Notes: generated by a model from the sequence alone, not told the origin. A stretch of DNA of 64,000 nt from Candidatus Hydrogenedentota bacterium (GCA_963674865.2 CAXXYE010000009.1:448001-512000); one strand, 5' to 3'. Numbered from the stretch's first letter, positions 8,890-19,935 are shown. Made by a program: numbers and translations.

Positions 8890-10476
8890 CTACAACTTAG
8901 CCAGAGCGGCGTTGACGGCCGACTGCACGTCGGTTGACGTCACGCCTCCGCCGTCCAAATCGCACTCATAGGGGCCGGATGTGCCCAGGGCCGCGTTGAT
9001 CACGTATTGCACGTCTACGGCGTTGACGCTGCCGTCGCCGTCCACGTCGCCGTCGGATAGGGGCACATCCACGCGCGTTGTGGCTCCATCTGCGACGTCG
9101 ACGTCTTCATAGGTCTTGGTGATGTATCCCGCTGCGTCGAACGTCAGGGTGTAGGTCCCGGGCAGGAGCATCCTGTGGTAGTCGCCCACGTCGGGGTCGG
9201 TGAATACGCGCTGCGTGTTTTCCGCGACGGCCACCTCGGCCCAGACGGGCGCGCCGGTGGCGGCGTGCGTTACGAGGCCGCGCACGCCGATATGCACCGC
9301 CTCCATGTAGGTCAGCATCGATTCCTCGTTGTCGGCCCAGAACTGGGCGATCTCCGGTGCGGGCGGCGCCTTAATGTTCGAGAGTTCGAGCGTCACCTCA
9401 TTGCACGCGACGTACCGGTAGTTCCAGTCCTGCATGCCCCCTTCCATGGAGTACCACGCGGCCCCGTTCGTGATGCCGTCGGAGAAGGTCGTGCTGTTCC
9501 ACATGGGTTCGTTGTACTGCGAATACCGACGCGATACTTCCTCGAAGAGCAGGTCGTCGGGCGACGGTGAGTCGACGCTTCCCTTGTCGTCGTCGTCATA
9601 GGGATAATTGACCACGAGCGCGCCCGTGTGGAGGTTGGCCGATAGGACGAAGTTGTTCTCCGCCGTCCACCTCATTACGTGCGCCACTTCCGGCTGGCGG
9701 CTTGTCTCGCCCAGGGGAGCGCCGTCGTACAGTGTCCCGGGGAAATCCTCCGGATACTCCGGAAATGCGCGGTTCAAATCGACCAGATTCGCGTTGAATC
9801 GCGTGCCGGCCTCGCGGCCATCGGGATTCATCAGCGGCACGATCGAAATGGCCGTCGAGTCCACCAACTCCGTGACGCGCGTCTCGACGCCGTAGTCGGA
9901 GAGGAGCCGGTCGATAAGCAGGAGGCAGAATTCGGTGCCGAGGGGCTCGTCCCCGTGCATGGTGGACACGTACTTGAACTCCGGTTCATCTTCTTCGACG
10001 TCCGGATTGTCGGTGATCAGAAGCGCCCAGAGCTCCCGGCCCTCGGCCGACTGGCCGAGTGTGTAGAGGCGCGCGATGTCGGTATGCGCGTTGGCGTAGG
10101 TTTCCAACGCCTGTGTCACGCCGGTGTAATCGTGATAGCCGCTGGTCGCCTTGAGCCAAGTATCGGTGCGTTCGGGCTGGTAGCCGGTGACGCGAAGGGT
10201 CAGGCCTTGTGTGCGAAGTTCATCGAGTTCTTCCGGCTTGGCGTATACCGTGGCCGTATTGTCTCGTACGTTGGCGATATCGAATCCGGCATCCACAAGG
10301 GCATCCAGCGTCGCCCGGCTCGGGACCATCACTTCCACCACGGCGATCCGGCTGCCGGTGTCGGAAGCCGCTGTTTCCGGGGTTCCTGTCTCGGCGCCGT
10401 GGAGATGGGCAGGCGGGAAGAGTAGAAGCGCCGCAATCACACAGACTCTCACCGGAGACCTCCCTGATGGCCGCAA
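8890..10476 (-). CDS. Secreted M14 zinc carboxypeptidase (N/E, CPD/CPE-like subfamily) with transthyretin-like domain and C-terminal type I dockerin
   Basis: Signal peptide, HGDE, DLNRAFP, SANLHTGALVVNYPYD, GITNGAAWY..GGMQDWNY, TLELS, GDYHRMLLPGTY. Dockerin GDVDGDGSVNAVDVQ...DLDGGGVTSTDVQ. Confidence 0.85.
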   Translation of the reverse strand: MRPSGRSPVRVCVIAALLLFPPAHLHGAETGTPETAASDTGSRIAVVEVMVPSRATLDALVDAGFDIANVRDNTATVYAKPEELDELRTQGLTLRVTGYQPERTDTWLKATSGYHDYTGVTQALETYANAHTDIARLYTLGQSAEGRELWALLITDNPDVEEDEPEFKYVSTMHGDEPLGTEFCLLLIDRLLSDYGVETRVTELVDSTAISIVPLMNPDGREAGTRFNANLVDLNRAFPEYPEDFPGTLYDGAPLGETSRQPEVAHVMRWTAENNFVLSANLHTGALVVNYPYDDDDKGSVDSPSPDDLLFEEVSRRYSQYNEPMWNSTTFSDGITNGAAWYSMEGGMQDWNYRYVACNEVTLELSNIKAPPAPEIAQFWADNEESMLTYMEAVHIGVRGLVTHAATGAPVWAEVAVAENTQRVFTDPDVGDYHRMLLPGTYTLTFDAAGYITKTYEDVDVADGATTRVDVPLSDGDVDGDGSVNAVDVQYVINAALGTSGPYECDLDGGGVTSTDVQSAVNAALAKL

Positions 10477-10609
10477 AACGCATGTCGTTCTTCGTCTCTA
10501 AGTGTACCAAACGGACAAGGAAAGCGTTACCACCTATCCCTCCAGGGGCCCAGGTAAGACTTCAGCCGTGCTTCGCGTCGATCCGCTCAGCGAGCTGATC
10601 TGTCAGTTG

Positions 10610-13600
10610 TTAGCCGCTTTGGTGGCCACCGCGAGGCTTCTCTTCGTCCGATGCCTCAAGTGCAAGGCAGCGGGCGAGCGTCTTGGCCAGTTCTTTGGGA
10701 TTGACGGGCTTGGAGACGTAGTCGTCCATCCCTGCTTCCAGGCAGCGTTCCCGATCTCCCTTCATGGCATGGGCTGTCATGGCGACAATCGGGAGGTGCG
10801 CGCCGGTCTCCCGCTCTCGCTCACGGATGGCCGCCGTTGCCTGGAATCCGTCCATCTCAGGCATTTGGACGTCCATGAGAATAAGGGCGTACGGGATGTC
10901 CTCCAGCGCCTCCAATGCCTCCCTGCCGTTCGCCACCGCGTCCGCCGTATAGCCAAGCTTCTGCAATACGGCAAGGGCGACTTTCTGGTTCACCACGTTG
11001 TCTTCAGCCAAGAGGATTCGGACCTTGCGCTTCTTGCTCTCCGCGAGATAGTGCTTCGTTATGAGCGGGCGGGCTTGGTCCTCCTTATCCTCAGGCGTAC
11101 CGCCAGCTACCGACACAAGGCAGTCGTAGAGTTGCGATTGCTTGACGGGTTTCGTCAGATACGCGGCGAAGCCAATCTCGCACGAGCGGGCCGCGTCGCC
11201 CCTTTGTCCCATCGAACTGAGCATGACGAGTACGGTGCCCTTCAGGCCAGGATCTTCCTTGATCTTCTTTCCCAAGGTCTCCCCGTCCATTTCAGGCATC
11301 ATCATGTCGACAATGGCGACGGTGAATGGGTCGCCCTCTTGGAGGGCGGCTCGGAGTTTCATTAGCGCTTCCTCGCCGCCGCTCGCCTCTGCAGAGCGGC
11401 ACTGCCAGGACTTCAGCTGGGCGCGCAAAACGTGGCGGTTTGTCTCGTTGTCGTCCACGATGAGGAAGCGCCTGCCGCGAATGTCCTCAGGTATCAGCTC
11501 GAATCGTTCCTTGCTGGCAGGTTGTTTCTCGAAGGAGACGGTGAACCAGAAGGTTGAGCCCTTGGTCAGTTCACTGTCGAGGCCAATCTCGCCGCCCATC
11601 ATTTCGACGAGTTGCTTCGATATGGTCAGGCCGAGTCCCGTTCCTCCGTATCGGCGTGTCATCGTGCCGTCCACCTGCGAGAAGGGCTGAAACAGAAGTG
11701 CCCGCTGTTGCTCCGAAATGCCTATGCCCGTGTCCGTCACGGAGAAGCGAATCGTGACGTGCGTATTGCTTTCCCTTTCCAGGGCGGCCTCGATTGCCAC
11801 TTCACCTTGCTCCGTGAACTTGACCGCGTTTCCAGTTAGATTGATCAGGACTTGGCGTAGTCGCCCCGGGTCCCCGCGCACCAGCGAGGGCACCTCCGGA
11901 TGGATCAAGCAGGTGAGTTCGATTTCTTTCTCTTGCGCCCGCGTAGCGACTATATCCATCATGTCTTCAACGGTGACGCGGAGGTCGAAGTCAATGATCT
12001 CGAGATCCAGTTTCCCGGCCTCCATCTTGGAGAAGTCGAGGATGTCGTTGACCACCGTCAGCAATGCGTCCGCCGAGTTTCTCACGGTCTCGGCGAACTC
12101 TTGCTGTTCCCGGTTCAGGTCGGTGTCGAGCAAGAGGGCCGTCATGCCGATGATGCCGTTCATGGGTGTGCGGATTTCATGGCTCATGTTTGCCAAGAAC
12201 TGATCTTTGACCTTGCTGGCCTCTTTGGCGGCAAGGGCCATCTCGTGTGCTTCTTCGATAGCCTGCTTCAGGCTCTCATTCGCGTCGGTCAACTCGCGCG
12301 TCCGTTCCGCTACGCGCTCTTCGAGCGCATCGCGAGACTGACGCAACTGTGCCATGGCTTCATCCAACTGGTTTGTGCGCGTGTTAAACCAGTGGGCAAG
12401 CACGCCTAGCTCGCTCTTTACGGGGACTGCCAGTCGCCCCGCCGTCTTTGTTCCCGAGGCGGTTGCCTCTCGAAGTTGATGGGTCATCGCCGCAAGGGGG
12501 AGCATCAAGATCCGCTGCATGGCCATGAAGGCGAGCACAATCCCAAAGATCACCACGGCGACGGTTGACATGAGGAAGGCGCGGTTGATCGAGATGGAAC
12601 TCGCCAAGGCACGGCGCAGTGGCGTGACGGTTACTACCTTCCAGTAGGTGTGCGGCACGTGGAGGAACTCCACCAGCACAGGTTCGTGCAGCAGGAGGTC
12701 GTCCGGAAGGGTGAGCCGATCACAGTCCAAGGCGTTTCGGGCCTCCTGTGCCAGTGGATCGACGAGGACGGCGGCGATTAACTGGGCCTCTCTTTCGTCG
12801 ATCTGGTAACTATCGGTATCGATTGCACGGGCCACGTCGGGATCATATCTCTCGTTCTCCTCCGCCGCACGGAGCATATTTGCATTGAGGAGGGCCAGGC
12901 GTTGAGCGATGGGGCGGAAGCGAGGTTCCTTTTCGCCCAATTCGTTGGCGTCGATGAACTCCTGCGTCTGCCGGCCCTTTTCGTCAGTGCCGTAGCTCAC
13001 GGCAATTGACTTGTCTGGGAAGGATAAGAACTTGCCGTTCCTGTCAACGGCAAAAGCATAGCCGCCAACATCCTTTACGGCCTCGTCGAAGAATTCCCTT
13101 AGGCCCTCGAGTTTCAGATCGATCGCGACGGCTCCATAGAAGCCGTCTTCCAGGTTCATCGGCGCGGTGCAGGTTACCATGGGCTCATAGGAATAGGGGT
13201 CCATATAGGACTTCGACCAGAATGCCTGGCCATCTTGGAGGTACCTAGCCGGCACATACCACTCTTCGTGGTGGTATCCGGGGCTTGCCGGATCGTTGTA
13301 GTCGTCGAAGTACTGTAGTTCGCCGCTTTCATCGCGGCCCCAGAAGAAACCGCGCCTCTCGATGTCCGGAGCGAACTTGAATGGCTCCGGCCAGATACCG
13401 CCCCCTGCGATATAGGAGCCCGTTCCTCCATACTCCAAGATGTTCTCGAAGACGGAGCTATAGGCGTCTACGTTTCGGGGAAGGGGTTCGAGGGCATTTT
13501 CCAGTGCTGTGACCAATGCCTCGGCCACTGCCACACGTTGACCGAGTCTGGCGACAATCGCCGCGCCGGACAACGCGATCCGCTCGTGGGCCTGTCTTTC

Positions 13601-13765
13601 GAGAAGTGGTTTGACCACCACCTGCTCTACAATGAGAATGGCGATGATCAAGGCCACCAGCAGGCCGCCAAACATCAAAGGGACTCGAAAGAGGAGACTG
13701 TGGCGTGGATTCACCTTGATATCTTTGGAGAAGGCGCCCAAGTCATTCCGCTGGCTGTCAGCCAT
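10610..13765 (-). CDS. Hybrid sensor histidine kinase (TM-Cache-TM-HAMP-HisKA-HATPase-REC-REC)
   Basis: H-box [37 protein letters not shown]. Two receiver domains ([22 protein letters not shown]). No HPt domain seen. Confidence 0.93.
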   Translation of the reverse strand: MADSQRNDLGAFSKDIKVNPRHSLLFRVPLMFGGLLVALIIAILIVEQVVVKPLLERQAHERIALSGAAIVARLGQRVAVAEALVTALENALEPLPRNVDAYSSVFENILEYGGTGSYIAGGGIWPEPFKFAPDIERRGFFWGRDESGELQYFDDYNDPASPGYHHEEWYVPARYLQDGQAFWSKSYMDPYSYEPMVTCTAPMNLEDGFYGAVAIDLKLEGLREFFDEAVKDVGGYAFAVDRNGKFLSFPDKSIAVSYGTDEKGRQTQEFIDANELGEKEPRFRPIAQRLALLNANMLRAAEENERYDPDVARAIDTDSYQIDEREAQLIAAVLVDPLAQEARNALDCDRLTLPDDLLLHEPVLVEFLHVPHTYWKVVTVTPLRRALASSISINRAFLMSTVAVVIFGIVLAFMAMQRILMLPLAAMTHQLREATASGTKTAGRLAVPVKSELGVLAHWFNTRTNQLDEAMAQLRQSRDALEERVAERTRELTDANESLKQAIEEAHEMALAAKEASKVKDQFLANMSHEIRTPMNGIIGMTALLLDTDLNREQQEFAETVRNSADALLTVVNDILDFSKMEAGKLDLEIIDFDLRVTVEDMMDIVATRAQEKEIELTCLIHPEVPSLVRGDPGRLRQVLINLTGNAVKFTEQGEVAIEAALERESNTHVTIRFSVTDTGIGISEQQRALLFQPFSQVDGTMTRRYGGTGLGLTISKQLVEMMGGEIGLDSELTKGSTFWFTVSFEKQPASKERFELIPEDIRGRRFLIVDDNETNRHVLRAQLKSWQCRSAEASGGEEALMKLRAALQEGDPFTVAIVDMMMPEMDGETLGKKIKEDPGLKGTVLVMLSSMGQRGDAARSCEIGFAAYLTKPVKQSQLYDCLVSVAGGTPEDKEDQARPLITKHYLAESKKRKVRILLAEDNVVNQKVALAVLQKLGYTADAVANGREALEALEDIPYALILMDVQMPEMDGFQATAAIRERERETGAHLPIVAMTAHAMKGDRERCLEAGMDDYVSKPVNPKELAKTLARCLALEASDEEKPRGGHQSG

Positions 13766-13880
13766 CTCTTGCTACTCCATTTCCCGTAAGCTTGATGCCA
13801 TGGTGTTGGTGGACAGGACCGCGGGGCCGGCGTACGCCGTTCGACGGCGCCTATGTGCGTCCGCAAACTCAAAGGCGCAT

Positions 13881-14759
13881 CTAAGACCAGTTGAGGCAGT
13901 CGAGCAGCTTGTTGAGTGCTTCTTCCGTTGTGCCTGATCGGCCGCATTCCATTGCCACGAATCCGTCGTAGCCGGTGCCGTGGATAGCTTTGAATATGTT
14001 GCGGTAGTTCAGCTCGCCCGTGCCCGGCTCCTTTCTGCCGGGGTTGTCTCCCACATGGAAATGTCCAATCCGGGCGATGTTCTCGGTGATGTTTCTGATG
14101 ATGTTGCCTTCGGTGATCTGTTGGTGGTAGATGTCAAAGCACATCTTGACGTTCGGGCTGTCTACCGCATCGAGAATCATCATCGTCTGGTCGGTTCGTG
14201 TGAGGAAGAATCCCTTGTGATTCACCAGAGGATTGAGGGCCTCCATCACGATTTCGACGTCGTTCTCCTCGGCCAATGGGGCGAGTCGGCGCAGGCATTC
14301 GATAACGTGCGTCGTCTGCTGGTCGTGGGTTGCGTCGATACTCGTGTTTCCGGTGAGTCCGATGAGGCGCCGGCACCTGAGTTGCTTCGCCAGGGCGACG
14401 CGCTCCTTGAACTGTTCCAAGAGCCGGTCATGTTGCGCCGGGTCCACCATCTGGCCGGGCGCGATGGCGCCGACTCCCAGGATGCAGCTCAGTTCGAGTC
14501 CGAGAGCGTCAGCGGCCTGCCGCAAGGCGGGCAGGTCGCCCTTCGGCCCCAGCCATTCATATGCAGGCAGGCCCCAAGACGCTATTTGCTTCAGTTGTTC
14601 CTCGATTGTGCCCTCAAACCAGCTGGGTGGAAGCGAGATCTTCAGGGGAGCGTCGGTGAACGGGCCCGCCGAGGGCCGCTCCTGTCCTCGTGCCATGGGC
14701 GCCAGCGCCACGCTGCCCGCGGCGGCGGCACAGGTGGTCAGGAAATCACGCCGGTCCAT
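13881..14759 (-). CDS. Tat-exported hydroxypyruvate isomerase-family TIM barrel
   Basis: MDRRDFL twin-arginine signal, MEALN, FDIYHQQITEGN, HFHVGDNPGRKEPGTGELNY. Confidence 0.87.
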   Translation of the reverse strand: MDRRDFLTTCAAAAGSVALAPMARGQERPSAGPFTDAPLKISLPPSWFEGTIEEQLKQIASWGLPAYEWLGPKGDLPALRQAADALGLELSCILGVGAIAPGQMVDPAQHDRLLEQFKERVALAKQLRCRRLIGLTGNTSIDATHDQQTTHVIECLRRLAPLAEENDVEIVMEALNPLVNHKGFFLTRTDQTMMILDAVDSPNVKMCFDIYHQQITEGNIIRNITENIARIGHFHVGDNPGRKEPGTGELNYRNIFKAIHGTGYDGFVAMECGRSGTTEEALNKLLDCLNWS

Positions 14760-14781
14760 ATGCTCTTCTTTCCTTTCGTAT

Positions 14782-16056
14782 CTACGCAGACACCGGGACG
14801 GGGATCGGCCCGAGGGGATAGGGCTTGTTGAAATCCCATTTCTTGGGTACCAGGCTCAAATCCGACGCCATGGCCTCATCCCAGGACACCCGCCTTCCCG
14901 TATAGGCCGACATTCGGCCCATGATTGCGGTTAGCGTGCTGTGCGCCACCTGCTCGCCCTCGTTGAGGTACGGCCCGTCCCCTCGGATGCTGTTGACAAG
15001 GTCAATGTGCTCCTGCACGTAGGGATTCTCGTGGTAGCGGGTTTCATCATCGTCCGGCATATCGCGGCATGAGCTGCGCCCCTTGGCGCCGAGGGCGTCT
15101 TCGAAGACGGAGCTGTAGGCTCCGTTCCAGTGTCGCGAGAAGCTGAATACTTGCGCTCCTCTCGCGTAGTGGTAATCGCAGGAGAAATGGTCGTAGAGGT
15201 CGCCGTAGCGCTCTTCGCGAGGCTTCCAGGAGCGTCCTCCAGAGGCGACGACGCTGTCGGGATGATCGTTCAAGACCCAGTTGCAGACGTCGAGGTTGTG
15301 TACGTGCTGCTCGACGATGTTGTCGCCGCATGTCCAGCAGTAGTTGATCCAATTGCGGATCCGGAATTCGAGGTCGCTCCACTCAGGTTGCCGATGCCGG
15401 ACGAAGGGCAATGCGCCGCACCAGTATGCGCGCATGGCAACGACGTCGCCGATGGCGCCGTCGTGAATCTTGCCGATGGTTTGGATGTAGCTTCCCTGAT
15501 GTCGGCGTTGCGTGCCGGCCACCAATGACAGGCCCAGTTCCTTGGCTCGCCGCGCCGCGGCCAGAATGCGCCGCACGCCCACGGGATCAACGGCTACCGG
15601 CTTCTCCGTGAAGATGTGCTTTTTCGCCGCCACCGCGGCCTCGACGTGTTTCGGCCTCGAGTAGGGCAGCGTGCCCTCGATGATGATGTCTATATCCGTC
15701 GCGAGGATCTGTTTGTAGGCATCCCATCCGACGAAGCGCTTTTCCTTGTCAGGGGCGAATTTCGCGACGACGTTTCCCTCTTTCTCTCTTAGTACTTTCT
15801 TGATCTTCTCTTGTGAAGCGTCGAGTTTGTCCTGAAACAGGTCCGCCATGGCAACAAGCTGAACGTTGTTCTCGCTCTCCAGCATGTTGATCGCGGCGCG
15901 GGTGCCGCGGCCACCGCATCCGAGCAGGCCGACCGTCAGCGTGTCGCTATTGGGTTTCCACTTTCGTTTGCCCAATCCTAGCACTGCCAGTCCGGCCACC
16001 GCGCTCGTTTTCCCGAACTCTCGTCTTGACATTCCGGCACGTTGCAAATCGCTCAT
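14782..16056 (-). CDS. Tat-exported Gfo/Idh/MocA oxidoreductase
   Basis: SRREF signal, GLLGCGGRG, EKPVA, GTQRRH, EQHVHNLD. ATG at 16056 follows GGAGG. Confidence 0.88.
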   Translation of the reverse strand: MSDLQRAGMSRREFGKTSAVAGLAVLGLGKRKWKPNSDTLTVGLLGCGGRGTRAAINMLESENNVQLVAMADLFQDKLDASQEKIKKVLREKEGNVVAKFAPDKEKRFVGWDAYKQILATDIDIIIEGTLPYSRPKHVEAAVAAKKHIFTEKPVAVDPVGVRRILAAARRAKELGLSLVAGTQRRHQGSYIQTIGKIHDGAIGDVVAMRAYWCGALPFVRHRQPEWSDLEFRIRNWINYCWTCGDNIVEQHVHNLDVCNWVLNDHPDSVVASGGRSWKPREERYGDLYDHFSCDYHYARGAQVFSFSRHWNGAYSSVFEDALGAKGRSSCRDMPDDDETRYHENPYVQEHIDLVNSIRGDGPYLNEGEQVAHSTLTAIMGRMSAYTGRRVSWDEAMASDLSLVPKKWDFNKPYPLGPIPVPVSA

Positions 16057-16479
16057 AAGAGACCTCCAAGAAAAACGCGTCCTTTGTTGCGAGACGCAGT
16101 ATGCACGCGATAGCGCGCGGGCCGTTTCGAGTAAGCTACCACCTGCTCCGGGGCGATTACAACGCAGATGTCGCCCCTGGCGGGCAGGCGGCCTGTTCTT
16201 GCCATACGTCAAGTCATTGGCGGCAGAAGAAACAGCAAAACGCGTGGCCTGGCGAGAGCCCGGCGACAAAACGTTACGGCGCAAAGCTGTGCGCCAAGCG
16301 TAATCTGGCCCGTATTCATAGGGTCAAACAGCTTTTCGAGCATAGACTTGGTGCTAGATAGAGGCGCCGCACGCTGGCGCGTTCGGTTGCCAATTATGGA
16401 GCAATGAACCGCCGCAGGCCGATGAGGTTGGCTCCCGCTGTGCGGCCTTGAGAGGGGCGGCTTAGATGGCGCCGATCCG

Positions 16480-17394
16480 TTAGAAGCGTTTGGTGCGCAC
16501 GTGGCAATAGGGCTTCTTGCCGGTTCTGGTGTAGTAATCTTGGTGATATTCTTCCGCGGGCCAGAAGCGTCCAGCCTTAACCACTTGCGTCGCGACCTTG
16601 TATCCCTTGTGTTCCAGGAGCCTTATGAGTTTCTTTGCGACCTGTTGCTGCTCTTCGCTGCGATAGAAGATCGCGGAGCGGTACTGATCTCCGATGTCGG
16701 GGCCTTGACGATCTACCTGCGTAGGATCGTGGATCTCGAAGAATAGCCGCGCGAGCGTCTCGTAGGAAACCTTCGACGCGTCGTAGAGCACCTCGACGGC
16801 CTCGGCATGCCCGGTGCCCTTGGCGCAGACCTCTGCGTAGGTGGGGCCGTCCTTCGTTCCGCCTACGTAGCCGACGGTAGTGGACAGCACGCCCGGGACT
16901 TGCTTGAAGTAGTACTCGACGCCCCAGAAGCAGCCGCCCGCGAAGATGGCGCGCTCGACCTTCGCCAATCCCGCGAAATTCAGCGAGAGCGAGTTAACGC
17001 AGTGGCGGGTGTCTTTGCCGGTGAAGCCCTCGCCGCAGAACACGTGTCCCAAGTGTGCGCCGCACTTCGCGCACTGGATCTCGGTGCGTACGCCGTCGGC
17101 GTCGGGCACCTCGGCTACCGCACCTGGGATGGCATCGTCGAAGCTCGGCCAACCGGTTCCCGAGTCGAATTTGGCATCCGAGGAGAACAGGGGCGCGCCG
17201 CAGCGTTTGCAGGTGTAGACGCCTTTTTCGTGATGGTTATGGTATTCCCCGCTGAAGGCGGGTTCCGTGCCTTTGTGCACGATGACGTTCTTCTCCGCGG
17301 GGGTGAGCGAATCGTTGTATTGGCCCATGGCTTGGCCTTTCAGGCTGCATCCAATTATCACCAGAAGAGATGCAATGGTGAGCGTGTTCCGCAT
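16480..17394 (-). CDS. msrAB: Bifunctional peptide methionine sulfoxide reductase MsrB-MsrA with N-terminal signal/anchor
   Basis: MsrB motifs GTEPAF, CxxC, GWPSF, HLGHVF, RHCVNS. MsrA motifs [33 protein letters not shown]. Confidence 0.93.
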   Translation of the reverse strand: MRNTLTIASLLVIIGCSLKGQAMGQYNDSLTPAEKNVIVHKGTEPAFSGEYHNHHEKGVYTCKRCGAPLFSSDAKFDSGTGWPSFDDAIPGAVAEVPDADGVRTEIQCAKCGAHLGHVFCGEGFTGKDTRHCVNSLSLNFAGLAKVERAIFAGGCFWGVEYYFKQVPGVLSTTVGYVGGTKDGPTYAEVCAKGTGHAEAVEVLYDASKVSYETLARLFFEIHDPTQVDRQGPDIGDQYRSAIFYRSEEQQQVAKKLIRLLEHKGYKVATQVVKAGRFWPAEEYHQDYYTRTGKKPYCHVRTKRF

Positions 17395-17645
17395 CTTCCG
17401 GCCCTCCAAGCGGTTTGGCGTTCAAGGCTGCCGCCTCCGCGGGAAGTCCCAGGCCTGATACAGGATGGCTAAACCTGGTGGCGGCCGCGGCCCCTTGCCA
17501 GCTTATCTCCTTTTATCTTAACCGTGGGAACGTACCGCATTCTTCCCGGAGGTTGCCGTGGCCTGGTTCAACCACCGGCTATGCGGCCGCGAGAGAAGTG
17601 CGTTTTGGAGGGAGGGATCTTGTGGTGAGGACGCCCATCCAGAGG

Positions 17646-17677
17646 CAAAGGGAGGCCCCTCATGGGGCCTCCCTTTG
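17646..17677 (-). terminator. Intrinsic terminator-like hairpin downstream of the Gfo/Idh/MocA gene
   Basis: Perfect 14-bp stem CAAAGGGAGGCCCC-TCAT-GGGGCCTCCCTTTG, about 20 nt after the stop at 17697. Confidence 0.75.
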
Positions 17678-17696
17678 TTTGCCGAATGTAGGTTGG

Positions 17697-19007
17697 CTAC
17701 ACTTTCTCAGGCACGACGAAAGGCTTGCGATACTTGCGTTTTAGAAGCTTGTTGGCTTCGCGGTCGTGGATGAAACGCTCCTCGGAGGGGTCGAACTCGA
17801 GCGAGCGCCCGAGCCGCGCCGAGATGAGGCCGAGGTGGCAAAGGGCCGCTGATTTGTGCCCTTCCTCGATAGGCGCGTTGAGCAGACTTGCATCGCGCGC
17901 CCGGACGGCATTGATGAAGTTCTCCTTGTGGTTCCCGCCTTCGCTCCTTTCCGGGCCGGGCTCCTCTTTTCTGCCGAAGAAGGTTTTGTAGTGCGAGTAG
18001 CTATCGATGACCATGTAGCCTTCGGAGCCGTAGAACAGCACGCCGACCTTGGCGCCCTTTTCGTCGTTGGTACACCAGGGCCTTGTGTCGAAGACGAGCA
18101 TTCGACCCCGCTCCCCGGCGTCGGGATAGTCAAAGGCGCTGGTGATGAGGTTGGGCACTTCCTTGTCATCGTCGAAGAGGTACATGCCTGACATGGAAGT
18201 GACTTTGGAGGGCATGTCAACGCCGAGGCCCCAGCGGGCCACATCCATTTGGTGGACTCCCTGGTTGCCGATGTCGCCGTTGCCGTAGTCCCAGTGGTAG
18301 TGCCAGTTGTAGTGGAATCGGTTGGGATTGAAGGGGCGCTCCGGCGCAGGCCCGAGCCAGGTGTCGTAGTGCACGCCTTCGGGCACGGGGCAATCCTGCT
18401 CCTTCCCAATCGAGCCACGCCATCTGTAGCACAGGCCGCGGGCCATGTAGACCTCACCGATGAGGCCTTCGCGCAGTTTCTGTACGGCTTCTTGAATAGC
18501 AGCGCTGCTGCGGATCTGCGTTCCGTGCTGAACGACACGGTCGTATTTCTTCGCGGCCTCGACGAGCTTTCGGCCTTCGAACATATTGTGCGAGCAAGGC
18601 TTCTCTACGTAAACGTCCTTGCCGGCCTGGCAGGCCCAGATGGCCGCGAGGGAATGCCAATGATTCGGTGTAGCGATAGAAACGGCGTCTATCGAGTCGT
18701 CTTCCATGACGCGCCGGAGATCGGTCTCCACTCTCGGGCGCTTGATTCCTTTGTCGTCGAACAACTCCTTCAGGCGGGACTCGAAGAGATTCTCGTCTAC
18801 GTCGCACATAACGGCGACTTCGACGTTCTCCAATTCGTTGTATCCCCGTATGTGGCCGCGGCCCTGGCCTCTGATGCCCAGCTGAGCGACGCGGACGCGA
18901 TCGTTAGCGCCTGCCCATGCCGTCTGGGAAGTCCCGAGGAGTACCGCTCCGGCTCCGGCGCTCATGGCCGTTTTCTTCACGAAGTCTCTCCGTGTCATGT
19001 CTTCCAT
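17697..19007 (-). CDS. Tat-exported Gfo/Idh/MocA oxidoreductase
   Basis: TRRDF signal, IATPNHWH, DVYVEKP, QHGTQIRS, GNQGVHQMD. Confidence 0.92.
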   Translation of the reverse strand: MEDMTRRDFVKKTAMSAGAGAVLLGTSQTAWAGANDRVRVAQLGIRGQGRGHIRGYNELENVEVAVMCDVDENLFESRLKELFDDKGIKRPRVETDLRRVMEDDSIDAVSIATPNHWHSLAAIWACQAGKDVYVEKPCSHNMFEGRKLVEAAKKYDRVVQHGTQIRSSAAIQEAVQKLREGLIGEVYMARGLCYRWRGSIGKEQDCPVPEGVHYDTWLGPAPERPFNPNRFHYNWHYHWDYGNGDIGNQGVHQMDVARWGLGVDMPSKVTSMSGMYLFDDDKEVPNLITSAFDYPDAGERGRMLVFDTRPWCTNDEKGAKVGVLFYGSEGYMVIDSYSHYKTFFGRKEEPGPERSEGGNHKENFINAVRARDASLLNAPIEEGHKSAALCHLGLISARLGRSLEFDPSEERFIHDREANKLLKRKYRKPFVVPEKV

Positions 19008-19298
19008 GATGATTCCCTCTTCTAGTCCTCAGTGATCCAACCAACCGCCGATGTGAGACATGCATCCTAGCGAATCGTGCGTATTGCCGCAAGGCGCCGC
19101 CGGTTGGGTTATGCGAGGCGACTCGTGTGACGGGATTCCTTCCGGCAGCGCCGGGCGACACGGGAGAGTCAGGCGGCGATTCGGGAGGTCACTGGGTGCG
19201 GGGAAAAGCACGCCGGGCGTGTGGGAGGTAGCTTTCCTTTGCGTCAGGCGTAGAGGAGGACGGGGTGAAACATGAAGGGCGGTGGGGAGGGGTCGCGG

Positions 19299-19751
19299 CT
19301 ATTCGAAAATGGTCTTGAAGTAGTCGGAGTTGTCCAACAGGCTCAACTCGATATTCACGAAGTCATCGAATTCGCGCTGCGTGATGGGGGCCTCGGACTC
19401 CCCGGTGGGTGAGATGGAGGTCGCCGTCACGTCTTCGGACTCGACCTGGGCGATGAGTTCGTCGCTGAAGGGCCTGCCGGATTCTTCGGATCCGGATTCC
19501 GCATTTTCGACGAGCTTTATCACGCGCTTCTCGAGGAAGCCTTGAAGAACGGACAAGAGATGGTCGCATTTCTCTTGAGTGGATCCGGTTTGCATGGTTT
19601 CCTTGTCCAGAGCAAGCGTCCTGCCGGAGAAGACGACAACGAGGCCGTCGCATTGCGGGCAGGGGCCGACGATGATCGCCCCGAGCGCCGGGAGCATTAT
19701 CTGTCCCCGGGCCCCGCAGTGCGGACATTTGACCTCAATTAACGAAATCAT
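19299..19751 (-). CDS. Hypothetical protein with N-terminal zinc ribbon and acidic C-terminus
   Basis: CPHC...CPQC pair and its own promoter upstream. Confidence 0.7.
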   Translation of the reverse strand: MISLIEVKCPHCGARGQIMLPALGAIIVGPCPQCDGLVVVFSGRTLALDKETMQTGSTQEKCDHLLSVLQGFLEKRVIKLVENAESGSEESGRPFSDELIAQVESEDVTATSISPTGESEAPITQREFDDFVNIELSLLDNSDYFKTIFE

Positions 19752-19787
19752 GCGAGTAACCTTTCAGCCCATCGGAATCTCACAGGG

Positions 19788-19816
19788 ATTATAACACCGG
19801 GGTAGGGCCAAAGCAA
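19788..19816 (-). promoter_or_regulatory. Sigma-70-type promoter for the zinc-ribbon gene
   Basis: Minus strand TTGCTT-N17-TATAAT with an extended -10 (TGTTATAAT). Confidence 0.6.
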
Positions 19817-19935
19817 ACAATGCGGGGTTTTATTGTTTCGATGGAATATATATGAATAAGCGGTTTGGTGTAAAGAGATAACCATGGGCACCTCAAGGTT
19901 CGGCAGAAACTAGAGATGCGTATTGAGGCCGTTGG

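Noticed and set aside
16480..17394. Selenocysteine recoding in MsrBA
   Set aside because: The catalytic positions are ordinary Cys codons and there is no in-frame TGA.
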